Positions 49,562-59,656 of a stretch of DNA of 64,000 nucleotides are shown piece after piece. A program made the translations under genes and the position numbers. The stretch spans positions 894 through 64,893 of the forward strand of contig CAYPKR010000002.1 in the NCBI GenBank assembly GCA_964411375.1, read 5' to 3'. The notes under the pieces are model-generated. The model was not told the origin of the DNA and did not search any database. It was given only the letters and a program-made list of their open reading frames with translations. How positions within the stretch are numbered: position 1 is the first letter of the stretch; each line of letters starts with the position of its first letter. This DNA comes from an uncultured Candidatus Saccharibacteria bacterium (GTDB taxonomy: Bacteria; Patescibacteriota; Minisyncoccia; Phycocordibacterales; UBA12088).

Positions 49562-51463
49562 ATGACTGGAGAAGAAATACGCACAAAATATCTGAAATTC
49601 TTTGAGGAGAGAGGGCACAAAATCATTCCTTCTGCATCTCTCGTGCCCGCAAATGATCCAACCACACTCTTCACGGGCTCCGGAATGCAACCCTTAGTTC
49701 CATATCTTCTTGGCAAAGATCATCCGGAAGGGAAGCGACTAGTGGATTCGCAGAAAAGTTTTCGCTCTGGCGATATTGAAGAAGTCGGCGACAATCGTCA
49801 CACAACATTTTTTGAAATGCTCGGCAACTGGTCGCTCGGCGATTACTTCAAGAAAGAACAACTTCCATGGTTTTTTGAATTTTTGACTGATGAGCTCGGG
49901 CTTGATCCTCAAAAACTCTACGTCACTGCTTTTATTGGAGACGAAAAAAATAATGTCCCTCGCGACACAGAATCAGTAGAAATTTGGAAAAATCTTTTTG
50001 GAGGAAAAGGAGTCGACAACACGGTTGTCGAAATTGGTTCAGAAGAAAATGGATATGAAGTCGGCATGCAGGGCGGCAGAATTTTTTATTACGATGCAAA
50101 GAAGAACTGGTGGAGCCGTGCGGGAGTTCCTGAAAAGATGCCAGTTGGTGAGCCGGGCGGTCCTGACTCCGAAGTTTTTTATGATTTTGGAACTCCCCAT
50201 GATCCAAAATGGGGAACAGAATGTCATCCAAATTGCGATTGCGGACGATTCCTTGAAATCGGAAATTCCGTCTTCATGCAATATATAAAACAAGAAGACG
50301 GTTCCTTTGCGCTCCTTCCAAAACAAAATGTGGACTTTGGTGGTGGGTTAGAACGTATCACTGCTGCAGTAAATAATGACAGCGACGTATTCAACATTGA
50401 TATCTTCTGGAGCATAATTGAGATTCTAGAAAAACTATCCGGCAAACAATACAAGGATCCGCAGTATGTTCATGCTTTCCGTATTATTTCCGATCACATA
50501 CGCGCAGCAGTCTTTTTAATTGCGGACGGGGTGCTTCCGTCAAATACAGATCAAGGATACTTTGTTCGTCGACTTATTCGCCGAGCGGTTAGATATGCAG
50601 ATCTTATTGGATATCCAGAAATGCATTTATCAGAATTGGTACGTATCATTGCAAATGCTTATCGAAATGCATACCCAGAATTGGAAAAATCAATATCCAG
50701 AATCGAAGAGGCGGTAACCGAAGAGGAATATAAATTCCGACAGACACTTGAACGCGGACTAAAGGAATTTGAAAAACTCTCGACAGGCGGTCAGATTAGC
50801 GGGCAAGATGCGTATGTTCTGTTTACAACGCACGGATTCCCAATTGAACTTACACAGGAAATTGCCTCCGAGCGCGGTGCAAAAGTTGATATGGATGGTT
50901 TCCAATCAGCAATGAAAAAACATCGCGAAGATTCTCGTGCAGGTGCGGAGCAAAAATTCAAAGGCGGCCTCGCAGATACATCCGAAGCAACAACTCGTCT
51001 TCATACCGCTCATCATTTACTCCTTAAGGCACTTCAGATTGTCTTAGGCGATCATGTGCATCAGCGAGGATCGAATATCACTGCCGAGCGCCTCCGCATT
51101 GACTTCTCGCATGGCGAAAAAATGACGCCGGAGCAAATCAAGCGCGTGGAAGAAATTGTAAACGAAAAGATCAATGAAGAACTGCCGATGATCCGCTCAA
51201 CACTTCCGAAAGAAGAAGCAGAAAAGCTCGGCGCGGAACATGAGTTTGGTGCAAAATATCCCGATACTGTATCGGTCTATTCGCTTGGACCAAAGGATGC
51301 AACCGAAGAAAATCCGAAATTCGCGGAAGCCTTTTCAATCGAATTCTGCGGTGGACCGCATGTAAACAACACTTCTGAAATTTCAAAATCAGGAACATTC
51401 AAAATTCAAAAAGAGGAGGCAGTAGCTTCAGGCGTTCGCCGCATTAAAGCGTTTCTCTCATAG
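49562..51463 (+). CDS. alaS: Alanine--tRNA ligase, short form lacking C-Ala
   Basis: HTTFFEMLGNWS, DFGGGLER, HTAHH..CGGPH editing motifs; 633 aa. Confidence 0.95.
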   Translation: MTGEEIRTKYLKFFEERGHKIIPSASLVPANDPTTLFTGSGMQPLVPYLLGKDHPEGKRLVDSQKSFRSGDIEEVGDNRHTTFFEMLGNWSLGDYFKKEQLPWFFEFLTDELGLDPQKLYVTAFIGDEKNNVPRDTESVEIWKNLFGGKGVDNTVVEIGSEENGYEVGMQGGRIFYYDAKKNWWSRAGVPEKMPVGEPGGPDSEVFYDFGTPHDPKWGTECHPNCDCGRFLEIGNSVFMQYIKQEDGSFALLPKQNVDFGGGLERITAAVNNDSDVFNIDIFWSIIEILEKLSGKQYKDPQYVHAFRIISDHIRAAVFLIADGVLPSNTDQGYFVRRLIRRAVRYADLIGYPEMHLSELVRIIANAYRNAYPELEKSISRIEEAVTEEEYKFRQTLERGLKEFEKLSTGGQISGQDAYVLFTTHGFPIELTQEIASERGAKVDMDGFQSAMKKHREDSRAGAEQKFKGGLADTSEATTRLHTAHHLLLKALQIVLGDHVHQRGSNITAERLRIDFSHGEKMTPEQIKRVEEIVNEKINEELPMIRSTLPKEEAEKLGAEHEFGAKYPDTVSVYSLGPKDATEENPKFAEAFSIEFCGGPHVNNTSEISKSGTFKIQKEEAVASGVRRIKAFLS

Positions 51464-51516
51464 TGTTTTTCACAGTGTAATTAACTTCGAGATTGAGGGG
51501 ATGCTATACTTTTTCA

Positions 51517-52707
51517 ATGATTTCTTCGTGGCTCTTTTCTGATAAGGCGGAAAAAGTAGTCGCTGTTTTTGATGTGGGAAGTTCTTCTGTTGGGAGCGCT
51601 TTGATTCGGACTGGAAAAGGAAAACCAGAGATTATTTACGCCAACCGTACCCCAATTCCATTTCAAACTGACATCGAACCAGAAAAATTCACCAAATCGC
51701 TCCTCACAACTCTTGTTGAGGCCGCTCTCGATTTGAAAACAGTAGGACTTATGCGCCTCAAGAACACGAAAAATGCTGCCGTGTATGAGACGAGCGTCGT
51801 TTTTGGTTCTCCGTGGTCGGCTTCGCAAAATATTCCTGTTCACTTAGAAAAAGATAGGCCCTTTGTTGTTACAAAAGAGCTTCTTGATAGCGCCGTTGAG
51901 AAAGAGACAAAACGTCTCAAAGAAGTTTCAGGTGAAAATGAGCAGCCAGTTCTTATTGAACGTCATGCAGTCGGTGTTGCACTGAACGGCTATCATTTTA
52001 TAGATCCGTACGGAAAGAAAACCACATCCGCAGACATAAACACCTTCGTCAGTTTTATCCCAAAATCGCTCGAATCAAAGGTGCAAGAAGTTATTCAAGG
52101 TGCATTTCCATCGGCGCGAATGCATGCACACTCATTTCCGATGGTTTTTTTCTCAGGAATTAGAGATTTGTATCATGATATTGGAAGCGCACTACTTGTG
52201 GAGGTACGCGGAGAGATGACTGATATTTCTGTAATGACGAATGGTGCGCTTTCAGAAAATATGTCGTTTCCGGTTGGCGAACACACCTTGATTCGCATGC
52301 TGACCGAAAATTCAACCCGAATGCCAGCAGAAGAACGCTCGCGTATCCGTCTCTATCTCGAAGGAAGAACAAGAGAACCGGTCTCTGAAGCACTTGGAAA
52401 ACAACTCGCTTCACTTTCAGAGACATTTGCGCTTTCTTTTAAGAGTGCGCTTCAAGGAGTAATTGAACATTCTCCGGTTCCGCAAGACATTATTCTCATT
52501 TCAGAAGGAGAGAGTGGGGAGTGGTTTAAAACAGAATTATCAAAACTTGATATGAGTGATTTGGTGCTTGGCGCAAAATCACCACGTGTAAATTTTGTCA
52601 CAAACGCTGAACTTGAAAATGCATACACTGCGAGTCTTGAGGTACGGGCTGATCCGTTCATCATTCTCTCATCAATATTTGTGGATAAGTTTTTTGCACT
52701 TCAGTAG
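51517..52707 (+). CDS. Actin-like (FtsA/PilM-fold) hypothetical protein
   Basis: VFDVGSSSV, LNGY, VEVRGEMTDI, FPVG. Confidence 0.7.
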   Translation: MISSWLFSDKAEKVVAVFDVGSSSVGSALIRTGKGKPEIIYANRTPIPFQTDIEPEKFTKSLLTTLVEAALDLKTVGLMRLKNTKNAAVYETSVVFGSPWSASQNIPVHLEKDRPFVVTKELLDSAVEKETKRLKEVSGENEQPVLIERHAVGVALNGYHFIDPYGKKTTSADINTFVSFIPKSLESKVQEVIQGAFPSARMHAHSFPMVFFSGIRDLYHDIGSALLVEVRGEMTDISVMTNGALSENMSFPVGEHTLIRMLTENSTRMPAEERSRIRLYLEGRTREPVSEALGKQLASLSETFALSFKSALQGVIEHSPVPQDIILISEGESGEWFKTELSKLDMSDLVLGAKSPRVNFVTNAELENAYTASLEVRADPFIILSSIFVDKFFALQ

Positions 52708-52789
52708 TAAAATGAGCAAACGACTGAATGTTTTTCCTTGTGGTATAACTAATTGGCAATACTAGATCTTTATCGCATAATGCAACTAT

Positions 52790-54193
52790 ATGCCCGCACG
52801 TAAACCTCCTCTTCAAGATATTGTCGCTCGCCCCCGTGAACCAAGGTCGCCTCGTCTCGTAACTCCGCCCCCAGCTCCTGCTCCAGTTCGTGAGCCTCGT
52901 GTCGCTGAAGAACGTGCTGTACCACCACAACCTCGAATAGAAGCAGAACCTCCACGTAGAATGCCTCCTACACCACCCGAACCACCAGTTCGCTCCTCCA
53001 TGCCAAGTGGTGGCAGGAAAAAGCGCGGATGGTTTGGAGTCACGAGCCTCATTGTTGGTGTTGTTATCTTGTTTGTTGGAGTTGCGGCTCTCTATTTCTT
53101 CGCGGGTGCAGAACTCACTGTTGTCCCAAAGACCGCAACTGCTTTTGTTGACGGTACATTCCCTGGAATGAAAGCTGATTCCGCAAGTTCAACGTCGGCC
53201 GATGCTTTGCCATACGATATTTTGACTTTGCAGGAAACGGAAACCCAAACACTTCCTGCAACTGGAGAAGAAACGGCGTCAGTTCCAGCAACTGGACACA
53301 TTGTCGTATACAACAATTACAGCTCTGCGCCACAAAAACTCATAAAAAATACTCGCTTCGCAACCCCTGAAGGATTAGTATTTCGAATCCACGATTCAGT
53401 AACCGTTCCTGGGCAAACAACTGAGGGCGGTAAAAAGGTGCCCGGAAGTATTGAGGTCGCTGTCTATGCCGATGAAGCAGGGGAGAAGTACAACATTGGT
53501 CTCACTGATTTTGTAGTCCCTGGGTTTAAAGGAACACCACAGTACGAAGGCTTTTATGCCCGCTCAAAGACTCCAATGACTGGTGGCTTTGTCGGAACAC
53601 GAAAGACCGTAGCTCCAGCGGCACTTGAAACTGCAAAGACTGCAATCCAAGAGAAGCTTCGTCAAAAATTGACTGATGAATCTACTGGTAAATTGCCACT
53701 CGGCTATGCAATGCCGAAGGGCGGTATCTTCGTTACGTTCGATGAACCAACCCAGGCAGTAGACGGAGCTAACGTAGTCGTCTCTATCCAGGGAACACTT
53801 CACGGTATTATCGTAAAATCAGACAGCTTGGCAGAGCTTATTGCGAAGAAAAATGTACCGAGCTATGACGATGCCCCTGTGGTACTCAAAAACCCAGAAG
53901 CAGTATCGGTAACGCCAGTTATCGACCCTAAAGTAACCGATCCATGGAATGCGACTTCGCTTAATTTCGCAATCAAGGGAAATGCAGAAATCCAATGGAA
54001 CATTGATACGGCAAAACTAGCCGCAGATCTTGCCGGAAAGTCTGAAAATGCCCTAAATACAGTCCTAACTGGCTATCCAGGAATTGAACGAGCCCGAGCC
54101 GTATTTCGTCCAGTTTGGCGGAGCTCCTTCCCGAAAAATGCCTCAGATATCAAAATTCTGTTTGAAACCAGCACCGCACCAGCAGGCCAATAA
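52790..54193 (+). CDS. Membrane-anchored protein with baseplate-J-like beta domain
   Basis: Pro-rich N-terminus, TM, ATGHIVVYN..TRF..VYADEAGEKYNI. Confidence 0.65.
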   Translation: MPARKPPLQDIVARPREPRSPRLVTPPPAPAPVREPRVAEERAVPPQPRIEAEPPRRMPPTPPEPPVRSSMPSGGRKKRGWFGVTSLIVGVVILFVGVAALYFFAGAELTVVPKTATAFVDGTFPGMKADSASSTSADALPYDILTLQETETQTLPATGEETASVPATGHIVVYNNYSSAPQKLIKNTRFATPEGLVFRIHDSVTVPGQTTEGGKKVPGSIEVAVYADEAGEKYNIGLTDFVVPGFKGTPQYEGFYARSKTPMTGGFVGTRKTVAPAALETAKTAIQEKLRQKLTDESTGKLPLGYAMPKGGIFVTFDEPTQAVDGANVVVSIQGTLHGIIVKSDSLAELIAKKNVPSYDDAPVVLKNPEAVSVTPVIDPKVTDPWNATSLNFAIKGNAEIQWNIDTAKLAADLAGKSENALNTVLTGYPGIERARAVFRPVWRSSFPKNASDIKILFETSTAPAGQ

Positions 54194-54259
54194 TGAAGTT
54201 ACTCCAGTCTAATTTGACGCAAAAAGCGAATTCTGGTAATCTTTTTGACGCACCCTGAA

Positions 54260-54472
54260 ATGCAGAAAGAGGAACGAGAAACCGTCGCAGGAGTTGTCGA
54301 AGAGGCACTTCCGAACACCCTATTCCGGGTAGCGCTTGAAGACGGGAATATTGTCCTTTCTTACTTGTCAGGGAAGATGCGAGTAAATCGTATCAAAGTC
54401 CTTGTTGGTGATTCAGTACGACTCGAGCTTGACCCGTATGGAGGCAAGGCGCGGATCGTAAAGAGGCTCTAA
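54260..54472 (+). CDS. infA: Translation initiation factor IF-1
   Basis: [19 protein letters not shown]. Confidence 0.96.
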   Translation: MQKEERETVAGVVEEALPNTLFRVALEDGNIVLSYLSGKMRVNRIKVLVGDSVRLELDPYGGKARIVKRL

Positions 54473-54533
54473 CAAGGAAGATTCGCCCGTAAGGCGTTTT
54501 GTATTTTTATTTTAGACGGCACGACCAACTGGT

Positions 54534-54647
54534 ATGAAAGTCCGCTCATCAATTGCGCCACGTTGCGCTAAATGTAAGACCGTACGCCGGAAGGGTGTTG
54601 TCTATATCCTCTGCGTGAATCCGCGCCATAAACAGCGCCAAGGATAA
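54534..54647 (+). CDS. rpmJ: 50S ribosomal protein L36 (not in ORF track)
   Basis: [37 protein letters not shown]. Confidence 0.97.
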   Translation: MKVRSSIAPRCAKCKTVRRKGVVYILCVNPRHKQRQG

Positions 54648-54666
54648 ACCGGATAGAAACAATATT

Positions 54667-55047
54667 ATGCGTATTGCAGGCATCACTATTCCAGACAACA
54701 AGCGCCTTGAGATAGGTCTCACGGCGATTTATGGCATTGGTCGCCCACGTGCACAAGAAATCCTTATGCTCGCAAAGGTTGATCCTGCAAAGAAGCCTCC
54801 GCAGGTCACCAGTGATGAAGAGAACGCGATCCGCAAAGCAGTCGAAGAAACCGGAAACATTGAAGGAGAGCGACGCCGAGAAGTCGGTGCAAACATCAAG
54901 CGCCTCAAGGATATCGGTTCATATCGCGGCACTCGCCATGCAAAAAAACTTCCTGCGCGCGGTCAACGAACCAAAACGAACGCACGAACACTTAAGGGAG
55001 TAAAGAAGACGATGGGTTCTGGTCGTCGAAAGCTTGAAAAGACATAG
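54667..55047 (+). CDS. rpsM: 30S ribosomal protein S13
   Basis: IYGIG, YRGTRH..LPARGQRTKTNAR. Confidence 0.98.
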   Translation: MRIAGITIPDNKRLEIGLTAIYGIGRPRAQEILMLAKVDPAKKPPQVTSDEENAIRKAVEETGNIEGERRREVGANIKRLKDIGSYRGTRHAKKLPARGQRTKTNARTLKGVKKTMGSGRRKLEKT

Positions 55048-55087
55048 AACACAGAAAGTGTTCTGAAGGACGAATTTTTACACCACA

Positions 55088-55522
55088 ATGGGAAAAAAAC
55101 GAATTGTAAAACAACAGGGATCAGGAGGTGATAGCGGACTTAAGTCACGCGCGCTTTCGAAGGCAGTCAAACGGAAGGTCGAGATCGGCCGTCTCTTTGT
55201 GCAGTCTACCTACAACAACACGATCCTTTCTCTTGCTGATCGAAACGGCAACGTACTTTCAGCATCTTCTTCTGGCGCACTCGGATTTAATGGCGCAAAG
55301 AAATCAACGCCATTCGCTGCAGCAAAGGTTGCAGAACTTATGGCAGAAAAGGCAATTCAATTTGGAATGAAGGAAGTGGATGTTGTTGTATCTGGAGTTG
55401 GTGCTGGTCGCGAATCTTCGATCCGTGCATTTGCCGGAAAGGGAATCGGTATCACCACAATCCAGGACAAAACTCCTGTTCCACACAATGGCCCACGTCC
55501 TAAGAAAGCACGTCGCGTATAA
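55088..55522 (+). CDS. rpsK: 30S ribosomal protein S11
   Basis: KSTPFAA, PVPHNGPRP. Confidence 0.98.
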   Translation: MGKKRIVKQQGSGGDSGLKSRALSKAVKRKVEIGRLFVQSTYNNTILSLADRNGNVLSASSSGALGFNGAKKSTPFAAAKVAELMAEKAIQFGMKEVDVVVSGVGAGRESSIRAFAGKGIGITTIQDKTPVPHNGPRPKKARRV

Positions 55523-55528
55523 CATACT

Positions 55529-56131
55529 ATGAAACTCGGACCGAAATATAAAATTTGTAAAAGACTTGGTAGCGCGGTATTTGAAAAATGCCAGACTGCA
55601 CGTTTTCAGCTTGCCGAAGCAAAGAAGAAAGGATCAGGGAAGCGTCCAAAAGCACTTTCTGATTACGGAAAACAGCTTCTCGAGAAGCAGAAGCTTCGCT
55701 ACACCTACGGTCTCACCGAACGTCAGTTCCGCCTCTATGTTGACCGAGCTATGCAGGAAGCAAATCCTGCTGACGCACTCTACTCAATTCTTGAAAGCCG
55801 TCTCGACAATTTCGTATACCGCGCCGGTCTCGCAAATACCCGCCGCTTCGCACGCCAGCTTGTTTCTCACGGTCACGTTACCGTAAATGGCGTAAAGACT
55901 ACCGTTCCGTCATACCGACTTGAGAAGGGACAGAAAATATCAGTACGCGAAGGAAGCCGAACTGCTGTTCCGTTTGCCTCGGTTGCCGAAAAAGAAATGC
56001 CGACAACTCCTGTATGGATGCAATTTGATCCGAAGACGCTTGCCGGAGAAGTTACCGCACGCCCAGATCGCGCGCTCGCAAGCGATGTCGGAGCTGATAT
56101 CAGTGCTGTGCTCGAATTTTACAGCCGTTAA
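55529..56131 (+). CDS. rpsD: 30S ribosomal protein S4
   Basis: QLLEKQKLR, LESRLDNFVYR, ARQLVSHGH. Confidence 0.98.
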   Translation: MKLGPKYKICKRLGSAVFEKCQTARFQLAEAKKKGSGKRPKALSDYGKQLLEKQKLRYTYGLTERQFRLYVDRAMQEANPADALYSILESRLDNFVYRAGLANTRRFARQLVSHGHVTVNGVKTTVPSYRLEKGQKISVREGSRTAVPFASVAEKEMPTTPVWMQFDPKTLAGEVTARPDRALASDVGADISAVLEFYSR

Positions 56132-56165
56132 AATTGCTTATAAACATTACTATTTAAGTTTCAAT

Positions 56166-57140
56166 ATGGAGCATAACGTAGCACTTCCATCAAAGCCTCG
56201 TATCGTAACCGAGAAAGATACCTCGGGTACCTATGAGATTGACGGTCTCTACCCAGGATATGGACATACTCTGGGTAATTCGCTTCGCCGTATCATCCTC
56301 TCCTCCCTCCCGGGTGCGGCCATCACATCGGTAAAGATTGACGGCGTTCCGCATGAATTTTCAACGCTTGAAGGCGTAAAGGAAGACGTCATTACTATTT
56401 TGCTTAACTTGAAGCGAATCCGCCTTTCACTCGCAACAGACGAACCACAGATACTTAATCTCAGTGTTAAGGGTCCTGGTTCTGCAACTGCAGGCGATAT
56501 AAAGGTTCCTGGACAAGTAACCATCCTTAATCCTGAACAGCACATTGTTGAAGTGACACAAAAAGGTGTCGAACTCGAAATGGAACTCGTTGTTGAAATG
56601 GGACTTGGGTATGTACCACGCGAAGTGCATCAGGAAGAAAAAGTTGATATTGGCACAATCGCACTCGATGCAACATTCACACCGATCCGTCGCGTTAACT
56701 ACGAAGTAGAAAACATGCGCGTTGGTAATCGCACCGACTTCAATCGCCTCCGCATATTCATCGAAACGGACGGTACTCTTTCTCCTCGCGAAGCTTTGGA
56801 GAAATCTATTGAAGTAATGATTCATCAGCTCAAGGCAGTGATCGGCTTCAAGGAAGAAGAGGCTCCCGTCATGCCCGTCATGCCGTCAGGAAAAGACGAA
56901 GCAGATCGCGGCGAGAAAAACACCGTAAACGAGGCTGATTCGGAAGCAATGAAGACCCGCATCGATTCTTTGAATCTTTCTGCTCGCACCGTAAATGCAC
57001 TTTCAACTGCGGGTATCCGAACTGTCGGCGGACTTGCAAGAAAGAAGGAAGAGGATATATTGTCGGTCGAAGGTCTTGGCGTCAAAGGGCTCCAGGAAAT
57101 TCGCCGCGCGCTCTCAAACTTCGGCATAACACTGAAGTAG
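56166..57140 (+). CDS. rpoA: RNA polymerase alpha subunit
   Basis: GYGHTLGNSLRRIILSS, HEFSTLEGVKED, alpha-CTD. Confidence 0.98.
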   Translation: MEHNVALPSKPRIVTEKDTSGTYEIDGLYPGYGHTLGNSLRRIILSSLPGAAITSVKIDGVPHEFSTLEGVKEDVITILLNLKRIRLSLATDEPQILNLSVKGPGSATAGDIKVPGQVTILNPEQHIVEVTQKGVELEMELVVEMGLGYVPREVHQEEKVDIGTIALDATFTPIRRVNYEVENMRVGNRTDFNRLRIFIETDGTLSPREALEKSIEVMIHQLKAVIGFKEEEAPVMPVMPSGKDEADRGEKNTVNEADSEAMKTRIDSLNLSARTVNALSTAGIRTVGGLARKKEEDILSVEGLGVKGLQEIRRALSNFGITLK

Positions 57141-57159
57141 TGCAGGGCATAAAACGAGT

Positions 57160-57513
57160 ATGAGACACCACAACAACGTCAGAAAATTCGGTCGAGAGAA
57201 AAACGCACGTCATGCATTGATGCGCTCTCTTGCTCGTTCCCTCATACTTCACGAACAGATTGAAACCAGCGAAGCAAAGGCAAAAGAACTTCGCCCAATG
57301 ATCGAAAAGCTCGTTACCAAGAGCCGTGTTGATTCAGTACCGAATCGTCGCCTTGTTGCATCCCGCGTTTCGTCTGAAGACAAAGTTTTGAAAAAGCTTT
57401 TCACCGAAATTGCACCACGCTACAAGGATCGTGCTGGTGGATATACCCGCATCATCCGAACAGGTCGCCGCGGAAATGACGCTCGCTCACTCGCGATAAT
57501 CTCGTTTGTATAA
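57160..57513 (+). CDS. rplQ: 50S ribosomal protein L17
   Basis: MRH, KAKELR, RAGGYTRI. Confidence 0.98.
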   Translation: MRHHNNVRKFGREKNARHALMRSLARSLILHEQIETSEAKAKELRPMIEKLVTKSRVDSVPNRRLVASRVSSEDKVLKKLFTEIAPRYKDRAGGYTRIIRTGRRGNDARSLAIISFV

Positions 57514-57517
57514 AAAT

Positions 57518-57871
57518 ATGGAACCAAAAGTATATACAATCGACGCAAAAGGAAAATCACTCGGACGAATCGCATCCGAGACGGCAAAACTCTTGATCGG
57601 CAAGAATACCACTGACTTTACAAAAAATGTGAAGCCGCAGGTTTCCGTAAAAATTGAGCACGCAAAAGCGCTTAAGATTACCGAAAAGAAAATGGAGCAG
57701 ACTATGCACGAGCGCTACACTGGCTATCCAGGTGGATTCTCGCTTCACCCTTTGAAGGAAATTATTGAGAAGAAGGGTCACGCTGAAGCGCTTCGCCTTG
57801 CAATCTATGGTATGCTCCCAGGCAACAAGCTTCGAGCCCGCATAATGAAGCGAGTAGAAATCACCGACTAA
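57518..57871 (+). CDS. rplM: 50S ribosomal protein L13
   Basis: DAKGKSLGRIAS, TGYPGG, GMLP. Confidence 0.96.
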   Translation: MEPKVYTIDAKGKSLGRIASETAKLLIGKNTTDFTKNVKPQVSVKIEHAKALKITEKKMEQTMHERYTGYPGGFSLHPLKEIIEKKGHAEALRLAIYGMLPGNKLRARIMKRVEITD

Positions 57872-57879
57872 TACGAATT

Positions 57880-58284
57880 ATGGCAACCAAATCAGATACA
57901 AAATATTTTGAAGCAGTCGGTCGTCGCAAGACCGCAATCGCCCGTGTTCGCATTCAGGAAGGCGGCAAGCATTTTGTTGTAAATGAAAAGCCGCTTACTG
58001 AATATTTTGCAACTAAGGATTTGCAGTCGATGGCGATGATGTCTTTGAATAAGACCGAACTCGCACAGAAGTTTTCGGTGTCCGCAAAAGTAAATGGTGG
58101 CGGAACCAACGCACAGGCAGAAGCAGTTCGTCTCGGTATTGCCCGTGCGCTCCTCAAATTTGATATGAGTCTCCGCGGATCACTTAAGTCCGAAGGATTC
58201 TTGAAACGCGATCCACGCGCAGTCGAACGCAAACACTTCGGTTTGAAGAAAGCTCGCCGAGCTCCGCAGTGGAGTAAACGCTAG
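57880..58284 (+). CDS. rpsI: 30S ribosomal protein S9
   Basis: GRRKTA, GGG..QAEA, RAPQWSKR. Confidence 0.98.
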   Translation: MATKSDTKYFEAVGRRKTAIARVRIQEGGKHFVVNEKPLTEYFATKDLQSMAMMSLNKTELAQKFSVSAKVNGGGTNAQAEAVRLGIARALLKFDMSLRGSLKSEGFLKRDPRAVERKHFGLKKARRAPQWSKR

Positions 58285-58355
58285 ATTTTATATCCAACAT
58301 ATGATTGGCTTAGGAAAGAGCGGATTGGACCGCTTTTTTCGTTTAAGGAGTAGAG

Positions 58356-58556
58356 ATGACTGAGGAAGATGATTCGAGCACTCTCCCGGAATGGGCTCGC
58401 GAATATGCGTCTGGCGAAAGAAGTGATGACGGCATCTTTGACTGCGTGACGGGTCCTGCCTGCAGACCCGGAGGAGTCAGGAGGGGTTTGGAGGCATTTG
58501 CCGAACTCACCGAACATCGCCAGAGAGAGATGAAAGAGCTCTTTCCAGACGATTGA
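58356..58556 (+). CDS. Small acidic orphan protein
   Basis: AAGGAG SD; flanked by terminator-like hairpins. Confidence 0.5.
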   Translation: MTEEDDSSTLPEWAREYASGERSDDGIFDCVTGPACRPGGVRRGLEAFAELTEHRQREMKELFPDD

Positions 58557-58658
58557 TCAAGTAGTGAATGACGGCGCGCCGCGGATAAAATATTCCGCGG
58601 CGCTGTTCATTTCAAGTAAAAAATGTTTGAGTTGATATAGGAATCAAGGAGAAGTGGA

Positions 58659-58937
58659 ATGGGTAGAAATCAGTGTGGACACCTTATTCCTAACGACAGT
58701 ATTGTCGCGGGTAAAGATACAATAGGATGTCTTCTTCCGGAGAGACACCCCGGCGAACATTTGTCTGTATGCACGACATCGTGGGGTAGTACAGAATACT
58801 ACCTATGGGAATATGTAGAGGTTTGCGATTGTTCTGAAATGACTCCGGAAGAAATTGAAAACGGGGAATGCGAGTGTATTTTTTACAGAAACATATCTGC
58901 TGAAGAAGCAACTCTGATGATTATGCCTTCGGATTAA
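58659..58937 (+). CDS. Small Cys/His-rich putative Zn-binding orphan
   Basis: C..CLLPERHPGEH, CDC, CEC; AAGGAG SD; terminator at ~58937-58976. Confidence 0.6.
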   Translation: MGRNQCGHLIPNDSIVAGKDTIGCLLPERHPGEHLSVCTTSWGSTEYYLWEYVEVCDCSEMTPEEIENGECECIFYRNISAEEATLMIMPSD

Positions 58938-59036
58938 GCGCGTTACAGATGAAATAATCCTGTGACGCGTTTTTTATTTGACTTTTCAAAAAAAATACGC
59001 GATAATATCCGCGCTTTAGCAGAATAATACAATCGT

Positions 59037-59618
59037 ATGCACGACAAAAACACCGAAGACGACATCGTGCGCGAGGATGACGAGAATCTAGAGCGCGATG
59101 ATTTAGCACTTGAAGATGATGAAATGCCTATTGCGGCAAAACTTAAATCCATCCGCGAAGTTCTTAAGGCAGTCCAAAAAGAGCGAGACGACAACTTGGC
59201 AGGTTGGCAAAGAGCGAAGGCAGATTTGGTAAATGTGCGCCGCCAGGCAAGCATTGAAACGGCAGAAAATGCAAAATTTGCTGCTAAGAATGTCCTTCTA
59301 GACCTTCTTCCCGTTCTCGACAGTTTTGACATGGCGATCGGTTCTCCATCATGGGAAACCATTGATCCAACATGGCGAAAGGGAATGGAGGGCGTCTATC
59401 AGCAAGCATTAAATGCTGCGAAGGGTCACGGACTCGAACAATCCGCACCAAAAATTGGTGACGAATTTGATCCAAACAAACACGAAGCCGTTGGTACTGA
59501 ACAAACTGACCGCAATGCCAACGATCACCGAATTGCAAAGGTATTACAGAAAGGATACGAACTCCACGGCACAACCATTCGTCCGGCAAAAGTAATCATC
59601 TATTCGCACGAATATTAA
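59037..59618 (+). CDS. grpE: Nucleotide exchange factor GrpE
   Basis: RAKADLVN, LLPVLD, FDPNKHEA, IRPAKV. Confidence 0.96.
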   Translation: MHDKNTEDDIVREDDENLERDDLALEDDEMPIAAKLKSIREVLKAVQKERDDNLAGWQRAKADLVNVRRQASIETAENAKFAAKNVLLDLLPVLDSFDMAIGSPSWETIDPTWRKGMEGVYQQALNAAKGHGLEQSAPKIGDEFDPNKHEAVGTEQTDRNANDHRIAKVLQKGYELHGTTIRPAKVIIYSHEY

Positions 59619-59656
59619 AAATTACAGACTGATTATCAATCTCTAAAATACATTCT

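Noticed and set aside
52790-54193. Prophage or contractile injection system
   Set aside because: A single membrane-anchored gene with no sheath, tube or other tail genes
55920-56165. N-terminal extension of rpoA
   Set aside because: Overlaps rpsD; homology starts at ATG 56166
59102-59129. CIRCE-like TTAGCACTT in grpE
   Set aside because: The right arm does not match GAGTGCTAA, it lies in coding sequence, and there is no hrcA in the window
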